From the IMG/VR virus record IMGVR_UViG_3300034082_001974: a DNA stretch of 27,892 nucleotides, one strand, 5' to 3'. The position numbers were made by a program, and so were the translations under genes. The notes below the pieces were generated by a model, which was given only the letters and a program-made list of their open reading frames with translations, was not told the origin of the DNA and did no database searches. Positions 1-8,016 of this stretch are shown one piece after another. Source of the DNA: a virus. Lineage: Duplodnaviria; Heunggongvirae; Uroviricota; Caudoviricetes. The stretch's first letter is position 1, and the number at the start of each line of letters is the position of its first letter.

Positions 1-263
1 CAAGACCATAGAGTTTCATCAGTTTTAAGTGCTACTGTATGAGATTTTCCACTCGCAATAGATTTCCAATTGTTACCACCAAGTAGCGTAGTGACTGGAG
101 TGCTTCTATATGTGGTATCATTTACTCCTAATTGTCCATAAAAATTAAGACCCCAAGACCATAATGCAGGTTGTCTAAAAGTTTCTGCCGGAACAAAGAC
201 ATCATAAAAATTATAAACTACTCCGTTCTCTGTAAAACTATAATTAATATCGTCTGCGGGCAT
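1..263 (-). CDS. RCC1-repeat beta-propeller protein, paralog C (5' part; runs off window edge)
   Basis: Not in the ORF track. My translation from ATG at 263 reads MPADDINYSFTENGVVYNFYDVFVPAETFRQPALWSWGLNFYGQLGVNDTTYRSTPVTTLLGGNNWKSIASGKSHTVALKTDETLWS..., the same 51-aa unit as 3448..4671 and 5343..6521, open to position 1. Confidence 0.9.
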   Translation of the reverse strand, partial: MPADDINYSFTENGVVYNFYDVFVPAETFRQPALWSWGLNFYGQLGVNDTTYRSTPVTTLLGGNNWKSIASGKSHTVALKTDETLWS

Positions 264-273
264 TTTAGGTTCC

Positions 274-627
274 TTACTGTTTTACAAATATTATAGGAGT
301 ATTCATTTTTTGACTCCAGTTTTCAAAATACTCTACTATATTATTATTTATTGATTCTTTAATTGTTTCAATAATTTTGAGATATTGTCCATTCTCATTA
401 TTTTCTACAGAAACTAAAAATCCACACTTATCTGGACGATATTCTTCGTCTATTAATTCTTGAGACCAGGCACAAAAATAATTCTCACAGGATTTTGGTC
501 TTACTTTATGAACATCACATTTATTCTCACATAAAAATCTACAAGACTTTCCATTTCCAAACTCCCATCCATAAGCATCACCAGTCAACCAAGTGCAACA
601 AACAGTGCAACCATTACAGTCTTTCAT
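274..627 (-). CDS. YkgJ/CxxCxxCC-family cysteine-cluster (Zn/Fe-chelating) protein
   Basis: CNGCTVCC, then C-x3-C-x3-C and RPKSC-x4-C; 10 Cys in 117 aa. ATGA overlap with the upstream gene. Confidence 0.75.
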   Translation of the reverse strand: MKDCNGCTVCCTWLTGDAYGWEFGNGKSCRFLCENKCDVHKVRPKSCENYFCAWSQELIDEEYRPDKCGFLVSVENNENGQYLKIIETIKESINNNIVEYFENWSQKMNTPIIFVKQ

Positions 628-1310
628 TCAATATAATCCTCTTCTTTAAAATAATGATTCACTAAATCTATCTCACCATTATGTAGTCTTGAAGAGAAAT
701 TTTCATCCCATACTTTCAAAGATTTTACTTTATATTTTCCACCACTTCCAATCCAGAATTCTCTATCCAGTCTATATCCAGTTTCCAGATACTTATCATT
801 TAGTTTGTTAATATAAGAAGCATTTGCCCACCAGAAGTTTCCAGGATAATGTCCAATATTATCTACATTTTTTGTAATCTCTCCATTCTCCCAAATCGTA
901 TCTCCCAAAATCAACCAAGTCTGCCCCACACAATCATAAGTATTCAAATATTCTACACATTCTTTCCATCTATCAATCACAAAGTATTCCATCATTAATC
1001 TCCAAGATTGTGATTCTAATGTATTTTTAGAAGATCCTTTAGTATGAAAATATAGAATCTTATAGTCTGAATTTTCCTTACAAAAATCTCTTAAAGAAAT
1101 CAAAGTTTCAGTCTCTTCGTTCCAGTTGGTATTTCTTTTAATTACTGCTTTTTCAGGAACATTAAAAAGTTCTTGGTCTCCATTTATCCCAAAATGAATA
1201 TAATCTGATTCTTTAATTAATCCAGAAGCATATAATCTATGCAATTGAGATTGATAAATGAATGCTCCCAATCCTATTTGTGCGATATGATAGAAAATTG
1301 CAATCTTCAT
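624..1310 (-). CDS. Glycosyltransferase-like phage protein
   Basis: 228 aa with ILYFHTKG, WRxMMEYF, YDCVG, HYPGNFWWA and RLDREFWIG motifs that I recognise from viral GT-like proteins. ATGA coupling on both sides. Function inferred. Confidence 0.55.
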   Translation of the reverse strand: MKIAIFYHIAQIGLGAFIYQSQLHRLYASGLIKESDYIHFGINGDQELFNVPEKAVIKRNTNWNEETETLISLRDFCKENSDYKILYFHTKGSSKNTLESQSWRLMMEYFVIDRWKECVEYLNTYDCVGQTWLILGDTIWENGEITKNVDNIGHYPGNFWWANASYINKLNDKYLETGYRLDREFWIGSGGKYKVKSLKVWDENFSSRLHNGEIDLVNHYFKEEDYIE

Positions 1311-2092
1311 ATTGAATAATTTGCGGTCTCCATTCCTTTATTTACATTTAATCCTAGATTTGGAATAGATATAATTCTTTCTTTATTTAAAAATCTATAG
1401 AGTGCGTGTTCAATATCATTTCCTGTAGTATACTGTATCATTTTTTCCAAATATACGAAACTTCTTTCTAATGCTTCTATCGTCTCATTAAATAACATTT
1501 TATCAAAAGACCATAACCCAGTCACCATCATTCCTTCTGCCTGATATAGATAGGCATAAATATTTTCCAAATTATCAGTATTCATACTTTCTATTTCTTT
1601 ATTTAAATAACTATAAGTCTTTGCGATGTAATAGTTTTCTAATAATTTACTTTCATAATCTTTAATTTCAAAATATTCATTTAAAGTATATCTTCCAGTT
1701 AATTTAAAAATTCTAGTTACATCAGTAAAGAGTTGCTTATCTTTCATTAGATACAAACAGTTTAATATACCTCTGGTTTCTAGTAGTGACTTACCAAAAG
1801 TAATGAGTTCTGGTTTTTGTGAGAAATTTTCATAAAGAGTTTCAATTCCAGGTTCATTATAAAATTCTAAAAATAAATCTGATTTCTCCTGAAGAATTGA
1901 TTTATATTCACTTGAGATTGATTTATAAGAACATTCAAATAAACAAATATAAGCATTTGGAACTTTGGTTCTTATGGATTCAATTGTATCTAAAGTTTGA
2001 AAAAATCTTTGCTCTGTATTATAACGACTATAATTCTTTTCGGCAAAATGCTCTAGTGAAGAACCAACTAGAAATAAAAATTTATAATCCAT
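1307..2092 (-). CDS. Putative glycosyltransferase-like protein
   Basis: 261 aa with RFFQTLDTIESIR, ICLFECS and IFKLTGRYTLN motifs; lies in a coupled operon with the TPR-GT gene. Function inferred. Confidence 0.5.
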   Translation of the reverse strand: MDYKFLFLVGSSLEHFAEKNYSRYNTEQRFFQTLDTIESIRTKVPNAYICLFECSYKSISSEYKSILQEKSDLFLEFYNEPGIETLYENFSQKPELITFGKSLLETRGILNCLYLMKDKQLFTDVTRIFKLTGRYTLNEYFEIKDYESKLLENYYIAKTYSYLNKEIESMNTDNLENIYAYLYQAEGMMVTGLWSFDKMLFNETIEALERSFVYLEKMIQYTTGNDIEHALYRFLNKERIISIPNLGLNVNKGMETANYSI

Positions 2093-3422
2093 TTAAAAAC
2101 TCTCTCAATTGTTGTAACGGTGCATCCCAGTTTCTGGGTTTCTTTTGACGAAATAGATGAACATTATCACCATACCACCAAGATTTTCCTGTTGAACTAG
2201 TCCAGGCATAATACTCCATAATAGGAACAAAGACACATACTTCTTTACCCATAGAAGATGCAATATGAGCGATTGATGTGCAAGAAGTAATCACCAAGTC
2301 CATTTGATTTATAATAGAAAAAGTATCAGCAAATTCTCTATTTTTTGAATGAAATTCTTTGATGTTTCTTTTACAAGAATCTGGAACAGGAGTATCACTC
2401 ATTTGTAAGGAATAAAGTGAATATTCAGGTTTGCCTAATACATTAAACAAATTAAAGAAATCTACACTTCTAAAATGTGCCTGTTCAAATCCAGAATCAG
2501 AATTCCAGAACATTCCAATTTTATACTTTGTGTCTTTTTGAATATAAGAATATTGCTTTTCCTTCTCTGGTAATGGATTAAGATATGGTTCTTGACCTAA
2601 ATCTTGCACTGAAAGTTGAAGATAATATGGAAGAGCAAGGGCATAAACCCAACAAGAGTTATCTGGATATTCTGGTTTATCCCAGACACAAACACTTTCA
2701 AAACCATTATAATTGAAAATATCTGCTAAATGTTTTCTAGTGGTTGCCCATATAGGTCTCATTCCAAGTTCTTTCAGGTTCTTCATAAACCGAATATGCA
2801 TAATTTCATCACCAGCACCACAATTCGCATCAATCACAATTGTCTGATTTGGAGTAATTCTACCATTCCATTTTTGAAAAGGCAATTTAATATTCTTATA
2901 TGCAGTCTTTTCTGTTTCTATGAGAAAGTGTTCAAGTGCCTTTGGTAAATCATCTTTATGAAAATAATAACCCGAAAGATTGTGATGAACCTTCTTTTCT
3001 ATTTCCTCTGGTAAATCGTTTCTCTTTGAAAGATTAAAAAGTAACTTATGTGCCTTATCTAATTGTCCAAGTTGTGAATATGATGAGGTTTCTTCAAATA
3101 AAAGTTCTGGGTCATTTGGAGTGATTTTCTTACACTTTTCAATTTGAGTAATTGCTTTCTCTGGATAATTAAATTGATTATAAGCATTAATAAGATTTTT
3201 AGAAGTAATATATTTTTCTTCTGTGGTTGTTGCCTTATGAAGTGTCTTTTCTCCATATTCTATTGCTTTTGGAAGATTTTTAAGTTCAAAGAATATTTTT
3301 GATATTTCATCATATTGTGAAAATAGTTCTGCTCTTTTTCCAAATGCTTCTAATAATTCATAAGTAAGTTGTTTTTCATTAAACGAATATAAGGTTTTGG
3401 AGACCAATTCAAGAGGATTCAT
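2082..3422 (-). CDS. TPR-repeat plus GT-B (GT9-like) glycosyltransferase
   Basis: N-terminal helical TPR-like repeats (KAIEYGEKTL, KAITQIEKCKKITPND, KALEHF), GAGDEIMHIRF, and C-terminal MDLVITSCTSIAHIASSMG...WWY...LFRQ...W signature. Confidence 0.8.
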   Translation of the reverse strand: MNPLELVSKTLYSFNEKQLTYELLEAFGKRAELFSQYDEISKIFFELKNLPKAIEYGEKTLHKATTTEEKYITSKNLINAYNQFNYPEKAITQIEKCKKITPNDPELLFEETSSYSQLGQLDKAHKLLFNLSKRNDLPEEIEKKVHHNLSGYYFHKDDLPKALEHFLIETEKTAYKNIKLPFQKWNGRITPNQTIVIDANCGAGDEIMHIRFMKNLKELGMRPIWATTRKHLADIFNYNGFESVCVWDKPEYPDNSCWVYALALPYYLQLSVQDLGQEPYLNPLPEKEKQYSYIQKDTKYKIGMFWNSDSGFEQAHFRSVDFFNLFNVLGKPEYSLYSLQMSDTPVPDSCKRNIKEFHSKNREFADTFSIINQMDLVITSCTSIAHIASSMGKEVCVFVPIMEYYAWTSSTGKSWWYGDNVHLFRQKKPRNWDAPLQQLREFLNGL

Positions 3423-3444
3423 ATAAAAATAATATATTTAAAAG

Positions 3445-3451
3445 TATTTAG
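3445..3451 (-). promoter_or_regulatory. T4-type late promoter-like CTAAATA overlapping the RCC1-A stop
   Basis: tatttag on + strand, 23 nt upstream of the TPR-GT start. Confidence 0.5.
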
Positions 3452-4671
3452 ATGTAATCTACAGATTGAATTGCTATTGTATGAAAACCTCCACCAGCAA
3501 TAGATGTCCAATTGGTTCCACCAAGTAGTGTGGTGACTGGAGTTCTTCTAGGGGTAAGATCATTTACTCCTAATGCTCCATAACCATTAGCACCCCAAGA
3601 CCATAAAGTTCCATCAGTCTTAAGTGCTATTGTATGATAACCTCCACAAGCAATAGATTTCCAATTGGTTCCACCAAGTAGTGTAGTGACTGGAGTGAAT
3701 TTAGTTGCATTATTATTTACACCTAGTTGTCCAAAATCATTATAACCCCAAGACCATAAAGTTCCATCAGTCTTAAGTGCTATGGTATAAGAAAGCCCAC
3801 CCGCAATAGATTTCCAATTGGTTCCACCAAGTAGTGTAGTGACTGGAGTGCTTCTATTTGTAGTATCATTTACTCCTAGTCGTCCATAAGAATTATAACC
3901 CCAAGACCATAAAGTTCCATCAGTCTTAAGTGCTATTGTATGATAATATCCACCAGCAATAGATTTCCAATTGGTTCCACCAAGTAGTGTAGTGACTGGA
4001 GTGCTTCTATGTGTAGTATCATTTACTCCTAGTTGTCCAAAATTATTACGACCCCAAGACCATAGAGTTCCATCAGTCTTAAGTGCTATGGTATGATAAC
4101 CTCCACAAGCAATAGATTTCCAATTGGTTCCACCAAGTAGTGTGGTGACTGGTGTAAATATACCTGTTCTAGTATCATTTACTCCTAATGCTCCATAATT
4201 ATTAGCACCCCAAGACCATAGAGTTCCATCAGTCTTAAGTGCTATGGTATGATATTGTCCACCCGCAATAGATTTCCAATTGTTACCACCAAGTAGTGTA
4301 GTGACTGGAGTTCTTCTAGTTGTAGGATCATTTGCACCTAATGCTCCATAATCATTATTACCCCAAATCCATAAAGTTCCATCAGTCTTAAGTGCTATGG
4401 TATGATATTGTCCACCATCAATAGATTTCCAATTTGTTCCACCAAGTAGTGTGGTGACTGGAGTGCTTCTATTTGTAGTATTATTTACTCCTAGTTGTCC
4501 ATTAACATTATAACCCCAAGACCATAAGGAAGGAGTAACTGATAATCCAGAATTACCGAGTGAATCTAAAATAGGACCATAGACCTCTAAAAGATAGTCT
4601 TTACTGACTAACTTTTTACCTAAATCTACACCATCACTGTCTTTAAAATTAGTTGTTGGTTGGTAAGGCAT
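3448..4671 (-). CDS. RCC1-repeat seven-bladed beta-propeller protein, paralog A
   Basis: Seven ~51-aa repeats with WG-x-N-x-x-GQLG and HTIALKTDGTLWSWG RCC1 consensus, after a ~48-aa unique leader. Confidence 0.92.
   Translation of the reverse strand: MPYQPTTNFKDSDGVDLGKKLVSKDYLLEVYGPILDSLGNSGLSVTPSLWSWGYNVNGQLGVNNTTNRSTPVTTLLGGTNWKSIDGGQYHTIALKTDGTLWIWGNNDYGALGANDPTTRRTPVTTLLGGNNWKSIAGGQYHTIALKTDGTLWSWGANNYGALGVNDTRTGIFTPVTTLLGGTNWKSIACGGYHTIALKTDGTLWSWGRNNFGQLGVNDTTHRSTPVTTLLGGTNWKSIAGGYYHTIALKTDGTLWSWGYNSYGRLGVNDTTNRSTPVTTLLGGTNWKSIAGGLSYTIALKTDGTLWSWGYNDFGQLGVNNNATKFTPVTTLLGGTNWKSIACGGYHTIALKTDGTLWSWGANGYGALGVNDLTPRRTPVTTLLGGTNWTSIAGGGFHTIAIQSVDYI
3470..4527 (-). repeat. Tandem 153-bp coding repeat x7 (RCC1 paralog A)
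   Basis: Constant blocks such as aatagatttccaatt and ccaccaagtagtgt recur every 153 nt, with one unit of 156 nt. Confidence 0.95.
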
Positions 4672-5326
4672 TAGGTGTCTCTACTATTTGAGGTTCTCTT
4701 AAAATTATATTATAAACTTCTTCACCAGTGGTACAAGCATCAATTTCTTGAAGTTTTTGATACTCCCAATCAAATGCTTCTTGAACTTTTAAATCAATCT
4801 GTGAAATAATATATTCAAGTTCTGTAGTTGTAATTTGCAACCAAACATCATTACCAAATTTAAAGTTATGAGGTCCTGGAGAAGCAATCAATTTACTCAT
4901 ATAAACTAATCTATTCTCACGACTAGTTGAAACTGAAATAGTAGTTCCATTTAGTTCAATTTCAATATTGATATTTTCCTTTTCTTTACGAACTGGGGAT
5001 ACCTGTTGCTTATATTCATATTTGATTGTTTCTAATGCCTTATTATAAACTGGATAAGTCATTTCAACTCTTATTGGAATATTATTTTCTTTTATAATTT
5101 CCCATTCAAAGTTTCCTAGACTCTGATATCTTGAATCGTGTTCTGGAATAATTTGAACTACAGAAAGAAGATAAGTATTCTCATCAATTTGTAGAGGTAT
5201 ATTCTCATAATCTCTTGGAGTAACTTTGCCTTCAACTTCAAGTTCTTCTAGTTCGGCATTAATTAATCGGTAATTATAACCAATTGGTCCTAAAATCAGT
5301 TGAGAATCGTGAATAAGTGAGTACAT
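4649..5326 (-). CDS. DUF4376-like tail-associated protein
   Basis: 225 aa; C-half pattern (VRKEKE...VSTSRENR...FKF...W..IT..EL..I...I...VQEAFDWE......ID) resembles DUF4376 proteins found beside phage fibres. 23-bp overlap with RCC1 paralog A. Confidence 0.55.
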   Translation of the reverse strand: MYSLIHDSQLILGPIGYNYRLINAELEELEVEGKVTPRDYENIPLQIDENTYLLSVVQIIPEHDSRYQSLGNFEWEIIKENNIPIRVEMTYPVYNKALETIKYEYKQQVSPVRKEKENINIEIELNGTTISVSTSRENRLVYMSKLIASPGPHNFKFGNDVWLQITTTELEYIISQIDLKVQEAFDWEYQKLQEIDACTTGEEVYNIILREPQIVETPNALPTNN

Positions 5327-5339
5327 ATTGTTTTATAAT

Positions 5340-5346
5340 TATTTAG
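5340..5346 (-). promoter_or_regulatory. Late promoter-like CTAAATA overlapping the RCC1-B stop
   Basis: tatttag, 14 nt upstream of the DUF4376-like start. Confidence 0.5.
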
Positions 5347-6521
5347 GAGAAATCTACTGACTGTCCTGCTGTGAGTGCTACTGTATAATAAGATCCACCA
5401 GCAATAGATTTCCAATTGTTACCACCAAGTAGTGTAGTGACTGGAGTGCTTCTATATGTAGTATCATTCACTCCTAGTTGACCATTACCATTATACCCCC
5501 AAGACCATAAAGTTCCATCAGTCTTAAGTGCTACCGTATGAACACCTCCACCAGCAATAGATTTCCAATTATTACCACCAAGTAGTGTAGTGACTGGAGT
5601 GCTTCTATTTGTAGTATCATTTACTCCTAGTTGTACAGAAGTATTAAGACCCCAAGACCATAGAGTTCCATCAGTCTTAAGTGCTATGGTATGATAAGAT
5701 CCACAATCAATAGATTTCCAATTGTTACCACCAAGTAGTGTAGTGACTGGAGTGCTTCTAAATGTAGTATCATTTACACCTAATGGTCCAAAATTATTAC
5801 TACCCCAAGTCCATAGAGTTCCATCAGTTTTGAGTGCTACCGTATAATAAAGCCCACCAGCAATAGATTTCCAATTGGTTCCACCAAGTAGTGTGGTGAC
5901 TGGAGTGCTTCTAGTTGTAGTATCATTTACACCTAATTGTCCATTATTATTATAACCCCAAGTCCATAGAGTTCCATCAGTCTTGAGTGCTACTGTATGA
6001 TAATATCCACCAGCAATAGATTTCCAATTGGTTCCACCAAGTAGTGTAGTGACTGGAGTGCTTCTATGTGTAGTATCATTTACACCTAATGCTCCATAAG
6101 TATTACGACCCCAAGACCATAAAGTTCCATCAGTCTTAAGTGCTATGGTATGAAAACCTCCACCCGCAATAGATTTCCAATTGTTACCACCAAGTAGTGT
6201 AGTGACTGGAGTGCTTCTATGTGTAGTATCATTTACACCTAATGGTCCAAAATTATTATAACCCCAAGTCCATAGAGTTCCATCAGTTTTGAGTGCTACC
6301 GTATGAACACCTCCACCCGCAATAGATTTCCAATTATTACCACCAAGTAGTGTAGTGACTGGAGTGCTTCTAAATGTAGTATCATTTACACCTAATTGTC
6401 CATTATTATTATAACCCCAAGACCATAAGGTATCGCCGATATATTGGTCTATTAACTTATAATCAGTTATAAAATAATCTTCAATATCTCCAAATTGGTC
6501 AGATAAAAATTGATTAGGCAT
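5343..6521 (-). CDS. RCC1-repeat seven-bladed beta-propeller protein, paralog B
   Basis: Seven 51-aa RCC1 repeats after a ~31-aa unique leader; AGGAG Shine-Dalgarno in the 3' end of the upstream fibre gene. Confidence 0.92.
   Translation of the reverse strand: MPNQFLSDQFGDIEDYFITDYKLIDQYIGDTLWSWGYNNNGQLGVNDTTFRSTPVTTLLGGNNWKSIAGGGVHTVALKTDGTLWTWGYNNFGPLGVNDTTHRSTPVTTLLGGNNWKSIAGGGFHTIALKTDGTLWSWGRNTYGALGVNDTTHRSTPVTTLLGGTNWKSIAGGYYHTVALKTDGTLWTWGYNNNGQLGVNDTTTRSTPVTTLLGGTNWKSIAGGLYYTVALKTDGTLWTWGSNNFGPLGVNDTTFRSTPVTTLLGGNNWKSIDCGSYHTIALKTDGTLWSWGLNTSVQLGVNDTTNRSTPVTTLLGGNNWKSIAGGGVHTVALKTDGTLWSWGYNGNGQLGVNDTTYRSTPVTTLLGGNNWKSIAGGSYYTVALTAGQSVDFS
5375..6428 (-). repeat. Tandem 153-bp coding repeat x7 (RCC1 paralog B)
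   Basis: Same unit as in paralog A and at 1..164. Confidence 0.95.
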
Positions 6522-8015
6522 TTAGATTCTCCTCTCTAATTCTTCAATACGAAGTTGTTGTTCTTTAATTGCCTCAATCAATACTCCTATAAGATTTCCA
6601 TAAGATACTGATTTTGTTCCATCATCATTAGTCTCAACAACTTCTGGAATAATTTTTTCAATATCTTGAGCAATTACACCAATTGAAGGTTTATCATTAT
6701 GCTTCCAATCAAATCTTACTCCATTAAGTTGTTTAGTGAGTTCAAGTGCATTCTTAATAGGTTCAATATTAGTTTTTCTAGATACATCTGAAAGTGAAGT
6801 GAACTGTGTTGCTGATACGGTTCCTGTTGATGTAGTAAAGGTAAGTGCGGTAGATGAGGTATAAGCAGTTGAATATGTTCCAACAGTTGTAGCACTCATT
6901 GTTGGATATAAAGTTCCAGATGGAGTATTATTGAGTGTTGCGCCACCACTAAATGTTGTCCATCCAATTCCAGTTACAGTTGATTGAAGAACCTGACCTG
7001 TAGTTCCTGATGAATTTGTTGAGTCATAAATTGACCTTCCAATTCCCACATCACCAATTATAGAAAGAGTTCTTGTTGGATTTGTGGTTCCTACTCCAAT
7101 ATTACCACCATAAGCACCTAAAGAAATTACTCCACTTGCATCTACATCAATACTTGGAATACCTGAAATATCATTTACAGAGAAGAGGCTTCCAGTTGAT
7201 AGATTATTTGTAATTGAGAATAATTGACCCGCACTACCTTCCCAAGATAAGGTGCCGGAGTTTAGAGTATCATAAGGAACAATATCAATTATAGTACCAA
7301 TTCCAAGTGTACCAGTTGAAGGATTGAATTGGAGTTTTGTTGAAGAAACGTGAGCAGTTTTGGCAATTCCTGATGTGACCGAAAGAATTCCAACATACCA
7401 GTTTGAATTTGTTGTGGTGTTATCAAATACAGTAAATCCACCATCACTAGAACCTTGAACTCCTTGAACTCCTTGAGCACCTTGGACTCCTTGGGCACCC
7501 TGAACTCCTTGAGCACCTTGGACTCCTTGGGCACCCTGAACTCCTTGAGCACCTTGGACTCCTTGAGCACCTTGGACTCCTTGGGCACCCTGAACTCCTT
7601 GAGCACCTACAATTCCTTGAGCACCCTGGACTCCCTGAAGTGCAGCAGTTGCAATTGGTATCCAACTGACTCCAATACCAGTGGAAATTAATACAGAACT
7701 TGCAGTACCTACTTGATTATTACTATCCTTTAATCCCCCAGCAATTTTGATATAACTATCAGTCTGCCCTAATGATACTGTTTTATTAGTAAGACCTCGT
7801 ATTTCTCCACTCTGTTCAAAAACAATATCTACGTTATTAACACCATCACCAATAAAAATATCACGACTTGTATCACCAAGAGTTAAATCTCCACCCGGAT
7901 TTGCGATGTTGAGATTTCCATTATCATCCAACTGAATAGTCGCACTACTAATGCCGGTATTTCCTTGAAAATCTACTAGACCCGATGCGGGTGTTATGAT
8001 TACATCTTTTGGCAT
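6522..8015 (-). CDS. Collagen-like tail fibre with C-terminal peptidase S74 intramolecular chaperone
   Basis: About 20 G-X-Q triplets, VGIGTTNP fibre motifs, and SDVSRKTNIEPI...NGVRFDWK...IGVIAQDIE...LIEAIKEQQ. The true start is probably ATG 8015 (MPKD, 497 aa), one base after the upstream TAA and behind a GGAGG/GGAG motif, rather than 8036. Confidence 0.88.
   Translation of the reverse strand: MPKDVIITPASGLVDFQGNTGISSATIQLDDNGNLNIANPGGDLTLGDTSRDIFIGDGVNNVDIVFEQSGEIRGLTNKTVSLGQTDSYIKIAGGLKDSNNQVGTASSVLISTGIGVSWIPIATAALQGVQGAQGIVGAQGVQGAQGVQGAQGVQGAQGVQGAQGVQGAQGVQGAQGVQGAQGVQGVQGSSDGGFTVFDNTTTNSNWYVGILSVTSGIAKTAHVSSTKLQFNPSTGTLGIGTIIDIVPYDTLNSGTLSWEGSAGQLFSITNNLSTGSLFSVNDISGIPSIDVDASGVISLGAYGGNIGVGTTNPTRTLSIIGDVGIGRSIYDSTNSSGTTGQVLQSTVTGIGWTTFSGGATLNNTPSGTLYPTMSATTVGTYSTAYTSSTALTFTTSTGTVSATQFTSLSDVSRKTNIEPIKNALELTKQLNGVRFDWKHNDKPSIGVIAQDIEKIIPEVVETNDDGTKSVSYGNLIGVLIEAIKEQQLRIEELERRI
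7452..7637 (-). repeat. 9/18-bp collagen repeat (GAQGVQ)n
   Basis: ccttgagcac/cctggactc-type units in frame; about 20 triplets. Confidence 0.95.
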
Positions 8016-8016
8016 T

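Noticed and set aside
1819-3256. Short ORFs 1819..2148, 2730..2948 and 3059..3256
   Set aside because: Antisense or out of frame within well-supported genes; no recognisable motifs.
1-6521. CRISPR array suggested by regularly spaced repeats with variable intervals
   Set aside because: The period is 153 nt, in frame, and encodes RCC1 blades; the variable parts are a few codons, not unique spacers; no cas genes.
1-6521. Complete classical diversity-generating retroelement
   Set aside because: No reverse transcriptase, Avd or non-coding template repeat in the window, and synonymous scaffold adenines (CCA, GCA) are invariant. Kept only as a hypothesis in the findings.
7289-7691. Alternative-frame and antisense ORFs over the collagen repeat (7289..7606, 7447..7665, 7455..7691)
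   Set aside because: Shadows of a stop-free 9-bp repeat, giving low-complexity LSTLDS, LEH and SRC translations.
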